Position numbers and translations under genes: made by a program
The notes under the pieces: generated by a model
Seen by the model: only the letters and a program-made list of their open reading frames with translations
What the model was told of the DNA's origin: nothing
Database searches by the model: none
Origin: Massalongia carnosa
Taxonomy: Eukaryota
NCBI GenBank assembly: GCA_965645245.1
Contig: OZ287087.1
Location: forward strand, 496,001-560,000
Length of the DNA: 64,000 nt
Reading direction: 5' to 3'
In this document: positions 46,542 through 58,145 of the stretch, one piece after another
Position numbering within the stretch: the first letter of the stretch is position 1
Layout of the letters: every line of letters begins with the position of its first letter

Positions 46542-48811
46542 ATGCCACCTATTTCAGACCTTGTGCAGGTTTCAAAGGTCGAGACTCAATTCCACTCTGA
46601 TCCGGAATATACGCAACACGTCCAGTACGTATCTAGAAGTACGGCAAGACAAAGAAAAGTTCGCATGGAGGAAAAATGGATGAGAGAAAGGATGCTAGGA
46701 AGTGGCAGTTTCGGAATCGTCTGGTTAGAGCGGTGTATTCAAGGGAACAGTGAAGGGAAAGTACGAGCTGTAAAGAAGGTCCGAAAACTTGAGTCCAGCG
46801 ATTATTACAGAGAATTGGAAGCTATTTCTCTGTTTTCTCACAGCAATGTAAGTCTACTGCTGTTATTTTTTCACAACCTACTTTTCCACACCTTACGCTA
46901 ACGTCAAGCTAGTATGAACGATGCTTTGTTAAGTCCTTCGGCTGGTATGATGATAGTGACAGCATATTTATTACTATGGAGTATCTTTCATATGGTGATT
47001 TGCATAAGTACCTCGGTTCACCGCTACCAGAGAAGGAAGGACAGCATATCGTTTTTCAGATCCTCGAAGGCTTACAATTCATGCATGATAAAGGGTTCGC
47101 TCACAGAGATTTAAAGCCAGCTGTAAGCCTAGCTACATGCATCAATATAATCAGAAAATTAGCTAATACTCTAAGTAATACAGAACATACTAGTTGTGGA
47201 CAAAGGCCCAGAGTGGTGGGTCAAGATCGCAGACTTTGGAGTCAGCAAGCGGGCAACAGAGGGACTTACAGCATTAAGAACCCAAAGAGGCACACCTGCT
47301 TTTACGGCACCAGAAGTACTTGGCTTTATTCAATTGAACGACGAATCAAATGATTCGTATACAAACGCTGTTGATATCTGGTCTCTGAGTGTTATCACAT
47401 TCTTCATACTCACCGGCGAGATTCTTTTCAAAGACCCGCGCCGTCTAGGTCAGTATGTTGCGGGCAACTTTAAATTTCCTTTGAATGTCTTGCTTGTAAA
47501 CAAAGTAAGCGGACAGGGATGCGACTTCTTAAAAAGCTCAATGGCGTCAAAGTCTGAGGATCGTCCAAGGGCTAATGAATGTTTACAACATTCGTGGTTG
47601 GATTTTCTTATAGAAGACGCGGCTCCTGACACTCCAAGGTATTAATTCTTATAGATGGAGACAGAAAATTATTATGATATCTTATAACAATAATGTTGTT
47701 GTGTTGCTGATATCTTTGCAGAAAAATCAATGTTACAAAGCCAATGTCAACACCGCTGGACTGTTCAGATCCTGAGCCCTCTGCTAGTTGGAGCACTCAA
47801 GACTCAATTTCGGCCTACGAGACGCATAGCTCTACGGGCGTGCTTACTAAAAAGACATTGTCTACTTCTAAGGAAGCAGTCGCACCTTCAAAATCAGAAC
47901 CAGCGACTCAAATCTATTGGCATATGGCAAGCATCCTCAAGGGTCATTCGGGTTCTGTTGGGGCGGTGGCGTTCTCGCCAGACGGGAAGCAGATCGCGTC
48001 CGCATCGTGGGACACGACGATCAGGCTCTGGGACTCGGCCACGGGGGCTTCGCGCAACATCCTCGAGGGTCATTCGGATTCTGTTTTCGCGGTGGCGTTC
48101 TCGCCAGACGGGAAGCAGATCGCGTCCGCATCGTCGGACACGACGATCAGGCTCTGGGACTCGGCCACGGGGGCTTCGCGCAACATCCTCGAGGGTCATT
48201 CGGATTCTGTTTTCGCGGTGGCGTTCTCGCCAGACGGGAAGCAGATCGCGTCCGCATCGTCGGACACGACGATCAGGCTCTGGGACTCGGCCCCGGAGGA
48301 TTCGCGCAACATCCTCAAGGGTCATTCGGGTGTGGTTTGGGCGGTGGCGTTCTCGCCAGACGGGAAGCAGATCGCGTCCGCATCGTGGGACACGACGATC
48401 AGGCTCTGGGACTCGGCCACGGGGGCTTCGCGCAACATCCTCAAGGGTCATTCGGGTGTGGTTTACGCGGTAGCGTTCTCGCCAGACGGGAAGCAGATCG
48501 CGTCCGCATCGTCGGACACGACGATCAGGCTCTGGGACTCGGCCACGGGGGCTTCGTGCAACATCCTCAAGGGTCATTCGGGTGTGGTTGGGGCGGTGGC
48601 GTTCTCACCAGACGGGAAGCAGATCGCGTCCGCATCGTGGGACACGACGATCAGGCTCTGGGACTCGGCCACGGGGGCTTCGCGCAACATCCTCGAGGGT
48701 CATTGGGATTCTGTTGACGCGGTGGCGTTCTCGCCAGACGGGAAGCAGATCGCGTCCGCATCGTCGGACACGACGATCAGGCTCTGGGACTCGGCTACAT
48801 GGGCGGCGTAA
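46542..48811 (+). CDS. Ser/Thr kinase-WD40 (7 high-conservation repeats) fusion, copy 3, intact, ~686 aa
   Basis: Exons 46542-46847, 46913-47122, 47184-47638, 47722-48811 splice in frame. GSGSFG, AVKK, HRDLKPAN, DFG, APE all present. Confidence 0.92.
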
Positions 48812-49723
48812 TATGGTTTTCCAGTACCTAGAAAAGTTTTTCACATAGAAAATTATTACAACCTCCTTCCCCACCCACCTCCATCGCCACCCACCTCCAT
48901 CGCCCTTTAGGTCCTTATATACCATTTTTTTAATCATTGGATTATTAATTCCTGCTTCAAAGAATGTCGCTCTACTTTGATTTCTAAGCTACTTCGAAAC
49001 TCTTGTCCTGGAATGTACTTTGCTTTGAAATCCTAAGTCACGGCGTATAACGACCTCGCGGTTAAATAAGCTTTACCATTAAGTTAACCGACCTATTAGC
49101 CTTGTAGGACGAATAGGCACGAATCTGTAGTGAGAAACTTCAGTGCGTATTCTACTACGTGTACGATAGAGGCACATTAATCAGAAAATGACAGCATAAA
49201 CGCAAACAGAAAAAAGTAACCTTTCCAAAAACGCAGAACAAAGAACGTAGCTTCAGGCGACGTCACTACATCACAAACCAAATCCTGTTCCGCTGCCATC
49301 AAAACGAGACGAATGCAAATCTGCGGCGGACGGTAAATACCAAACCGCCATAACGAAATTCTTGAGTTTCGAATCGCGACATTGCGACGAAAAAACAACG
49401 TACATTTATAATTCCACGCTTTCTTCTCTTCCCATTTCTTCCTCTCTATTATATAAAGTTAGTATAGTTCAATGATGGGACTTCGTACGATCTGAAACAT
49501 ACTCTTCAACCTTGTCTGATATGCTTAAAGTGTCAACCTGCGCTGCCGCTAACTCTCGAGACAACTGAACATCAGGGTTGTCTTCTACAGAAGACAACGA
49601 GACGGTTGTCTCAATTGTACGACGCTCTGACGCAGACGCAGACGACGAAAGAGGGAGTGCCACATGAGAGAACTGTTGCGTTAAGGGAGGAATAGGTCTG
49701 ACGATCGCGTACACTCCGTCTAT

Positions 49724-52088
49724 GATGATGATGATGATAAATTCTTACACCGATATGTCACCGGCCGAAGGCCGTCCCATGCGGGCGTGGTTCTATATGA
49801 CTATTGTACATAGGAAAACCTTTTAAGGAATAAAAACCTAGTAACCAAAATTATCGCCTGCGGGATCCCCATGACCCCTCAGTGTACCTAATAACGTGTA
49901 TCTGTGAGGTCCTTGAAAGAAAACGGAAAAGAACGAAAGAAAAGGGGAGGAAGTCAAACATTTCAAATGCTGTGTCGACGGGAACTATCCGTACAGCATG
50001 GTCGCTGCAATTGAATACTGTTTTAGTATATCTGCCCGCATTAACCATGCTGTCAGCTTTTTCAATTTTGCGGAATTTTCAATTATCGTGCGATAATTGT
50101 TAGTTTTCACTTGATTAAATAATTCATTTCTTCCGTCTATCAGCTGACAGTGCATGATGACGTGTTTGGCCGTCTGCCTTGGCCATCCACATATGCACGC
50201 CGGTGAGTTTACATTGGGTACCCTTCGGTTGAAAAGAAAGTTGGCTAGCCCGATTTTCTCCGTGCGAATTTGCGTTGCTAGTGAACTCTCCGCTTTTGCC
50301 AAATTGCTGTGAATTTTTAATCTCTTTTTGTCAAGCGAAGCTTGTTGAGCCTCGGTGGGGAGTGGAATGCGATTTTGATAAGTCGCCCATGTTGACTTCC
50401 ATATTTTCATATGATGCTCCATGAGCCGCGTATGATGTGCCCGTTGGGCCGTTCGCGCTTCTCTCAGCTCCTTGAGATATTCTGGACTGGCCTCGTACCA
50501 CGGGGGCGCGGAAGGCGGTAATCTGACGGCGGCCTCTCCATTTAAAGTTGCCTTGGCCCATGTGTGTTTCAGTTCTCCGGGTGTTGGCGGCGGAGTTTTT
50601 CTTCGACCCGCTCTTTCCCGTAGCTTATTAGCTATTATCTTGCATGCGGAGTTAGCGAGTGCTTTTTGCCCCGTGATTCGTAGTCGATATCTGGCTTTAG
50701 CCTGTAGTTGATCCAAATACACATCTATTGGGGCTATGTGTGTTTCTGCCTCCAGCACCGGTATCGGGGTAGCCTTGAACGCTCCGGCGACTGTGCGTAG
50801 GCATCTGTTCTGAATGACCGCCAATTTGGACGTTATAGATTTATTTCTATTTACGTCTTTCGGGGTGTGCCAGACGATTGAACCATATGTCATGGCCGGC
50901 CGCACCACCGCCGTGTATACTTGCCTGGCCCTAGCGAACGAAGCTCCCCAGGTAGACGTGGAAATTTTTGTTAAGGCCATGCTCTGCTTGAGCATCTTCT
51001 CCTGCGTTTTCCGTATGTGAGCACCCCACTTAAGTTTGGTATCTATTTGAAGACCGATTATTCTTATATCCGCTTTTGGTTTGATTAGGCTGTTTTCTAT
51101 ATTAATAGTAGCCGTCATATCAAATTTCTTTGGATTTCTAGATATTTTATTATTATTATTAATTCATTAAGCGTATGCATCCTAAGGATATGACGCTGTG
51201 ACTGCTATTTATGTACATAAACAACAGTCAGGAAGTGGAAACCTGGCCCCCAGGGTAAAACCACTCCCTTTTTCCATGTTGAACGCAACGAGAACGTCCT
51301 TCTACCACGCGGTGCATACACCCAGATCTTCAAGCGCTAGGAATCCTATAGACTCGATGAACTAGACAGTGTATTTCCACACGTTCGACGAACGTTCTCT
51401 CTCTTTAAGTGTTTTGATTCAATGGAGGAAAGACTGGCCGTGATCGAGGGCAGATCGTGGTGTCGTATAAATGAAGGTGTGTAAGTGTGGCCATTCTAAA
51501 TGAATGGGCTTTTTCGATGTGGTGAAAGGCTTCCGCCTGAGGGGTGTGGCCATTCCGAATGAATGGGCTTTTTCGATGAGGTGAAAGGCTTCCGCCTGAG
51601 GGGTGTGGCCATTCTGAATGAATGGGCTTTGTATGTGTGCCTTCGAGGTGACGAATGATCAGTAGAGACGTTGATCGTTCAAATGGCCACCGAGGTGGAC
51701 TTCTGCGTTGGCGCTGATCAGATATTGGCCACCTCCGAGGAGGTGTTGATAGCCTGCACCACGTAGAGGTTTCTGACCCAGCAGGCCGGATTTCTAGATA
51801 AATGAATAAGCTCGTACTTAGTCGGAGCAAATAAGGATCCGTGCCGTAGAGCCCATCTTTCACATTCTCTGTGAATTCTTTCTAGCGTTCTGCAATTTTC
51901 TTGCGTGCTTTCCCCATATGCTAGTATATTGATGTCATCGACGAATCCGAGTCCGCTCGTTTTCGTGCCGGGCCTGTTACATATGTCTAGTAAATCCGCA
52001 TTGTAGAACAAATACAGAATGGGAGAGATGGGTGAACCTTGCGGAATTCCGGTTCTCGCATCAAACTCGTCGGTGGTTCGTCGGTTGA
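49724..52088 (-). mobile_element. Duplicate of the LINE part of chimera A, interrupted by a 643-bp retroposon
   Basis: Near-identical to 4068-5776 with the same flanks. Confidence 0.9.
51145..51787 (-). mobile_element. Short non-LTR retroposon (SINE or 5'-truncated LINE)
   Basis: 13-bp TSD ggatttctagata; (TAA)n/A tail; ~59-bp internal tandem repeats. Confidence 0.8.
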
Positions 52089-52313
52089 CTAAGAATGATA
52101 AAATAGAGTTGACATCTCCTTCGTGAAGTCTCTATCCTAGTTTTCGTTCATCTCACTGGTGCGTTTTACGGCCTAAGACTATTGATGAATTCTACGATTG
52201 GGGTGAACGACGTCCCTTTCGCCCAGGTCAAACCCAGTTTACTGTTGGAATACTCGCTTAGCCCCATTAGTTCTAGCTCAGCCCTGCAGGCTGCCATGAC
52301 TGCTATGTATAAG

Positions 52314-55300
52314 TGTCAACCTTTCACATGAATTCAGGAAGGATGAAAAAGGCTGTATTCTGTATGTGGGAAATGCCCACATCTAGCTACCTATATAGAA
52401 GGGAAAAGGGGTCATGGCAGCAACGATATTAACCCCGGCAAATTGAGGGGTAAAGGTGTGGAAGAAATGGCGTAGCTTAGCGGCATCTGCCGCGACAGGG
52501 GGTCGAGGATCGGCGATGAGAATCGACCACATTCAGGTTTGACACACCCCCCCAGGATGCGAAGCATCCTGACCAAAAGAAGAAAACATGAAGCAATTCC
52601 CATTCGAGAAAAAGGTGCAATTCTTGCAAAATCAAAATGAGATGCCAGTGAAAAGAAATTTCTGCCCGCCGAGAGGAATTCCGCCCGGTTCACTCCCGCC
52701 TGCCCCATTCCTAAATCAGACACTTGATATCAATAAGGCCTAGCATTTCCAGAAAGGAACGATGCTTTTGCGGAGGCAAGGGCTTGGTGAGACCATCTGC
52801 CGTCATCCGGTTGGTCTGTAGATAACCCACATTGAGATGACCAAATTGAACGCTCTGTCTCAACCACAACTGAGCGATGTCTACATGCAGAAGTTTGGTG
52901 GTAACTTTGGGCTGTTCCGACGTCAGAATGCGGATGGTCTGCATGTTATCATTGTAGATTTTGACCGAATGGTCGTAGTCGAATCCCAGCTTGCCAAAGA
53001 AATTAATCCACCAGATGCATGCCTTGCCGGCATGGAGAAGGGCAAGCAATTCTGCCTCTGTCGTCGAAGTTGAGACGGTCGCCTGCTTCCTGGCAGCCCA
53101 GTCGATCATGCCGCCATACAGCTTGAATGTGAAACCCTCGTAGCTGCGTCGCTCGGGACTATTTGCAAAGCTGGCATCGGCAGTGTTTTCGAAGACATGC
53201 TTTGCCGAGAGCTGATCATCATCCGGTGACTGCACGGTAAGCTCGCCACCTCCCGAGGGTGAGTATTTTATCGCCAGATACTTAGTCGTGTGTAGATATT
53301 GCAGGCAGTGATTTGCCGCGTCTATATGCTCCGGACCGGGACAAGTGAGATGCTCTGCCAATTTGGAGGCAGCTTTGGCAACGTCCGGCCGAGTGATATT
53401 CGCGGGATAGCAGATCGATCCTACCTTTTTACGATACTCCTGCCTCAGGGATTGGTCGACTGACCGAGGCGAGTCCGAGTCTGGGCTAGCTGCCGAGGCA
53501 GAGGTGAATGCGATGAAGTCTGACGGTAGCGGGGATGATGGAGATTTAGACGTGTCTATCTCGTATTCAATTGCCAACTTGTCCATGTAGGAGTCTTGAC
53601 AAAGATAAATGTCGCCAGCATTTCGAACAATCCGTACACCGAGAAAGAAGCTCAATTGGCCCATGTCGCGTAATTCAAATCGAGCATTCAACTTCTGAAT
53701 CAGCAGATCTACGTCTGCAGCTCTACTTTCCGGAAAGATGATGACTATGTCATCCACATAGAAAAAGAGGATGATGCCAGAGTAGTCGGTAAAAAGGCAG
53801 GGCTCGCCAGGGATCTGCTGCATGTCCAATGAGGTGAGTGCTTTGGAAAATTCTCGTAGCCATAGTAGAGGCGATTTTCGAAGCCCGTACAAAGCCCGGA
53901 CCAGGAGCAAGCATTTCCCCTCGATGACGAAACCATCTGGCATATACACGTGGATGACCCTATCGGCTTTGGCATTTAGGAAGGCATTGATCGCGTCAAA
54001 CTGCCTTGTCCTGAGTCCGAAAGCAGACGTCAGGGCCATGAGGCACCTGAAGATCTTAATTGCCAGCGTAGAGGCGTATACATCTTCTGCCGAGACTTCT
54101 TCCAAATCCCCTCGGACTACCAGGCGTGCCTTGTATTTTACTAGAAAGCCATCCGGGTCGAACTTGTATGTAAATACCCACATTAGTGGAAGCGGCTTCT
54201 GATTGGAAGTTTTGGGAATGACGACGAAGGTGTCCATTCTGAGAAGAGTCTGATATTCAAATTCGGCTGCTTTGCGAAATCCTTCTGCATGGGGATGTCG
54301 AAGCATACCTCGCCACTGCTTCGGCGGCGGCGGCAGGCTGTCCCTATGCAATCTGGTCGACCTAGTGGTCACTGCAAATGCCAAATAAACTTCCTTCATC
54401 CCGTCATCCAATCCCGAGTTTGTATTCCCTAGTGGTTCCGAAGCGATGCCGAGTGGTCTGATGCCGAGAGGTGCTGCGAGATTTGCGAATTTCTGCTTCG
54501 GTTTTCTGACTCGTTTTCCTTCGACGATATTGCTGACATCCAATTTGGCAGATCCGATATTCCTACTGGGACCGGTGCCAAAAGATTCGGCAATGCCGAG
54601 AGGCGTCCGGCCGGTTTCTGGCAGATCAGTCGGTAGATCTATGCTACTCGGAAGACTGTCTTTTACCACCCGTTTGTCGCGAGATGTTGACGAAGAAGAT
54701 GTAGGTGCAGGTGCTGAAGTCGATGGAGGCGGAGTGCTCTCGGGAGTCGGAAGATGCTGCTGACTCGGTGAATGTCTCGGCATGATAGGGACGTCTTTCG
54801 CAGTCAACGACGCGGGCACATCCAGTGCGGACGAATTTTCAACCGACGAAGAAGGATCAGCAAATGACCGATTGCGCACAGATGTCGCCAGCCATTGCTC
54901 CTCATTTTCTGCCAAATCAACAATGTAGGGAGCAGCATCGAAAACTTCCAGCTCTACAAACTCGGCCACCTTCTCTTCGGGAATCAGATCCTTTTTGACG
55001 TATGTGGAGAAGGTTTGATCCTCATCAAAGATAACATCTCTATATCCGCTGACCGACCAGGTCTCGGGATTCCAGACTCGATAAATGTTTGTAGAATCGT
55101 ATCCGACCAGATAGCCAACAAATGCTCGAGGAGCTAGTTTCTCACTTTTTGGCGGGGCATCTTTACCTTTCAGAAGGGGATATGCCTTGCACCCAAAGAC
55201 CTTGAGATGACCAATTTCGGAATTGTATGGCTTCTTCAGGGCTCGGTGCAGGGAGATGTGAGGCGATTTCCAATCTAGTCCTTTTGTCGGCGTCCTATTT

Positions 55301-58145
55301 AGCAAGTGTCCAGCAGCGAGATAGCACTCGGGATACAGATCTTCTGGCAAATCGGCGCCGATGCGAATGCATCTAGCCTTCTGAGTCAAAAGGCTTCCTG
55401 CCCTCTCAGCCGACCCATTCTGCTCCTTAGTATGCTTTGCGGACCATTCAAACGCGATTCCCTGTTCCTTGACGAAGTCTTGAATGACGTCTCCAACCGA
55501 CGTTTCCTGATCCATTCGAAAGGTCTGAACGAAAAGACCGAATTCGGCTCCGAGTCGATCGCACCGATTTATGACATGCTTGACAATCCGAAGTAGTGTC
55601 TCCTGCTTATGATCTTGCAGGGGGAAGACCCAATGAAACGAGGTGAAATCATCCTGAAAATGAGCGACGCAGGTGGTCCCATCGAAAGCAGTCCTTTTCA
55701 AAATAATGAGGTCAAAATGAAGACGCTGGAATGGTTTAGTGGCTTTAGTAGCCGAGACCCTTGATACTAGTGTATGCATTTTTGACAATGCGCACGTCTC
55801 ACATTTCACTGTCTTTGGAGCATCTTGACCACTGTTACCTCTTGAAATCTCAATCATCTTCTGATTCGACAACTGGTTAATGACTTCCGGTTGGCAATGT
55901 CCTAGGCGGAGATGAAATTTCCATGGCGTGCCTTTTGGGATTGCATCTGCCGAGACTCGGGAACCGACGAAATTTGCGAAAGCACCAGCGTGGCCAACGG
56001 GACGATACTCGGCAGTGTAGAGACCGAAATGCTCTTCCAATTCGAAGATTGAAATACCCTTCTTCTCGACCGTGTCCGTATGCATGTTCCACAGAAATCC
56101 ATCCTTTTTCAGCTTGCTGACCGAAATCAAAGTCACCGATGAGTCGGGAACGTATGCTGTGTGTCGAAAATGCAGAGGCTGATTCTTCCCTTTTAGTGTC
56201 CCATTCACCAACATTGTCCCAAAACCTTCAATAAAGAGATCTCCGTCGGGAGTCGAGACCCATTCGTATGCCGGGATGATTTCGTCAATAAACCGGGATT
56301 TGTCCCAGGTCAGATGATTGGAGCATCCCGAGTCGTAGGAGACGCTGAGATGAAGCAGATTGTCGCGATCCGAGATAGTATTTCCAAAAGAGACTGGAGC
56401 ATTCTCGACAACAGGGAGCTCGGCGGGAGCATTGCCATTGCCTCGGCCACGACCTCCATCTCCGCGACCCCCTCGACCTCCACCTCTTCCTCGATATCGA
56501 GGTTTCAAAGGTTCATCAGGCTCGGAGATGCCGTTGAGAATGTCGGATGTAGCGGCGCGTTTGACATACCAATAAAGCTTGGAATTGGACCCGATTTTTT
56601 GTCGGATGTGGTCGCGTATCTCCTTATTGAATTTCCATCCCGAGATTCTAGACTCGACTGTCAAATAAGGGCATCTTTTCCAGGAGTGAGTTTCGCCGCA
56701 AAGGCATTCGCTATTGCCGTACTTGCTATCGTCAGAAGTGGAATTTCCCTGATCGGAAGAAGACTGTCCTTGCAGAGAAGCGGAATTCGCCGAGAGCTGC
56801 TGACGACGACCAGTGCTGATTGCATTTTCTTCTATCTCGGTCCGATACTCATTGGCGGCCTCGAAGAATTTAAGGGGACGACCTGATACATTTCGTATCT
56901 TGATCCAGGTGTCGCAAAAGAATGGTGCCCATATCCGAGCGGCTTTCAGAAAGTGCTGAGTGTAGATATACTCACTATAGATGGGTTCAACTTTCAAAGC
57001 AACGATTTCTTCCCTCAGCGTTTCCCATTGGCAGATCCAAGATTCGATCTTCCCTTTCACCGGGTGAGAATTTCTCAACTCGTCGTATTGGCGATCGATC
57101 TGCCTTTGAACTTCGTCCGGACTCTTTTTGAACTTATGGGCCAGGGACTGAAGAATTTCTCGAACCGAGGATGATCTGACATTCCTGGCGACATAATCTT
57201 TAGCCGACTCTAGGATGACCGTATGAACCTTCTCAATTCCCATGGCTGCGGCCCTGGCATCTGCCTGAAGCCCTCGATGTGACCGTTCATCTGCATTGTA
57301 CGACTCCTTCTGTGATTCCGAGAGATCGGCATACCGAGAACATGGTTCGGGAATCAGGACCGGCGGACCATTTAAATCGCCGAGAACTGTCCCTTGAGAA
57401 GAACCTTGAGAAGCGACAATAGCAGGCGTAGGGGTATTGGTAGAGTCAGTGCCAGGCGTATTTGCCGAGACGACTTTGACGTAATCACTGTATTTGGGAA
57501 ATTTGGGAATGGTAGGTTCCGACTCTGATCCTTCCGGATCGACGTACTCCCATACCTGAGATCGTACCGCGATACCCTTGATTTCCGACAACCAGGAATT
57601 GTAGGTCCTAGGCGTCAGAGCCGAGACGATGAGTTTCCGAGACGATCCCGACGAGTAGTCTTCCATTTGGGATAACCGACCAAAGATGGAGACAGATGGG
57701 AAAAACAGGGAAACGACCAAAAAGGCAAAGGAAAATAGAAGCACGAGGAATAAATCAACTCTGCGATGCTCCATGAGAGATACGATAATTCCGGCGGCGA
57801 TACTCAGCCTGCCTAGGATATTTCGGGGTCGATGAAGGCAGCGATAAATCAGCTTACCAATAACTAAAGTTAAGACGGAGGCAGCGAAAAATTCAGCTAA
57901 CCCGGGCTCATAACTGTCAACCTTTCACATGAATTCAGGAAGGATGAAAAAGGCTGTATTCTGTATGTGGGAAATGCCCACATCTAGCTACCTATATAGA
58001 AGGGAAAAGGGGTCATGGCAGCAACGATATTAACCCCGGCAAATTGAGGGGTAAAGGTGTGGAAGAAATGGCGTAGCTTAGCGGCATCTGCCGCGACAGG
58101 GGGTCGAGGAGCGGCGATGAGAATCGACCACATTCAGGTTTGACA
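52314..58145 (-). mobile_element. Full-length Copia element C2
   Basis: 231-bp LTRs 52314-52544 and 57915-58145; TSD ataag. Confidence 0.97.
52711..57774 (-). CDS. Copia C2 gag-pol polyprotein (intact)
   Basis: Near-identical to the C1 ORF. Confidence 0.93.
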   Translation of the reverse strand: MEHRRVDLFLVLLFSFAFLVVSLFFPSVSIFGRLSQMEDYSSGSSRKLIVSALTPRTYNSWLSEIKGIAVRSQVWEYVDPEGSESEPTIPKFPKYSDYVKVVSANTPGTDSTNTPTPAIVASQGSSQGTVLGDLNGPPVLIPEPCSRYADLSESQKESYNADERSHRGLQADARAAAMGIEKVHTVILESAKDYVARNVRSSSVREILQSLAHKFKKSPDEVQRQIDRQYDELRNSHPVKGKIESWICQWETLREEIVALKVEPIYSEYIYTQHFLKAARIWAPFFCDTWIKIRNVSGRPLKFFEAANEYRTEIEENAISTGRRQQLSANSASLQGQSSSDQGNSTSDDSKYGNSECLCGETHSWKRCPYLTVESRISGWKFNKEIRDHIRQKIGSNSKLYWYVKRAATSDILNGISEPDEPLKPRYRGRGGGRGGRGDGGRGRGNGNAPAELPVVENAPVSFGNTISDRDNLLHLSVSYDSGCSNHLTWDKSRFIDEIIPAYEWVSTPDGDLFIEGFGTMLVNGTLKGKNQPLHFRHTAYVPDSSVTLISVSKLKKDGFLWNMHTDTVEKKGISIFELEEHFGLYTAEYRPVGHAGAFANFVGSRVSADAIPKGTPWKFHLRLGHCQPEVINQLSNQKMIEISRGNSGQDAPKTVKCETCALSKMHTLVSRVSATKATKPFQRLHFDLIILKRTAFDGTTCVAHFQDDFTSFHWVFPLQDHKQETLLRIVKHVINRCDRLGAEFGLFVQTFRMDQETSVGDVIQDFVKEQGIAFEWSAKHTKEQNGSAERAGSLLTQKARCIRIGADLPEDLYPECYLAAGHLLNRTPTKGLDWKSPHISLHRALKKPYNSEIGHLKVFGCKAYPLLKGKDAPPKSEKLAPRAFVGYLVGYDSTNIYRVWNPETWSVSGYRDVIFDEDQTFSTYVKKDLIPEEKVAEFVELEVFDAAPYIVDLAENEEQWLATSVRNRSFADPSSSVENSSALDVPASLTAKDVPIMPRHSPSQQHLPTPESTPPPSTSAPAPTSSSSTSRDKRVVKDSLPSSIDLPTDLPETGRTPLGIAESFGTGPSRNIGSAKLDVSNIVEGKRVRKPKQKFANLAAPLGIRPLGIASEPLGNTNSGLDDGMKEVYLAFAVTTRSTRLHRDSLPPPPKQWRGMLRHPHAEGFRKAAEFEYQTLLRMDTFVVIPKTSNQKPLPLMWVFTYKFDPDGFLVKYKARLVVRGDLEEVSAEDVYASTLAIKIFRCLMALTSAFGLRTRQFDAINAFLNAKADRVIHVYMPDGFVIEGKCLLLVRALYGLRKSPLLWLREFSKALTSLDMQQIPGEPCLFTDYSGIILFFYVDDIVIIFPESRAADVDLLIQKLNARFELRDMGQLSFFLGVRIVRNAGDIYLCQDSYMDKLAIEYEIDTSKSPSSPLPSDFIAFTSASAASPDSDSPRSVDQSLRQEYRKKVGSICYPANITRPDVAKAASKLAEHLTCPGPEHIDAANHCLQYLHTTKYLAIKYSPSGGGELTVQSPDDDQLSAKHVFENTADASFANSPERRSYEGFTFKLYGGMIDWAARKQATVSTSTTEAELLALLHAGKACIWWINFFGKLGFDYDHSVKIYNDNMQTIRILTSEQPKVTTKLLHVDIAQLWLRQSVQFGHLNVGYLQTNRMTADGLTKPLPPQKHRSFLEMLGLIDIKCLI

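Noticed and set aside
47722..47941. RHIM/HET-s-like amyloid motif or NACHT domain between kinase and WD repeats
   Set aside because: The linker is short and S/T/P-rich, with no G-hydrophobic-Q-hydrophobic-G pattern and no Walker A motif.
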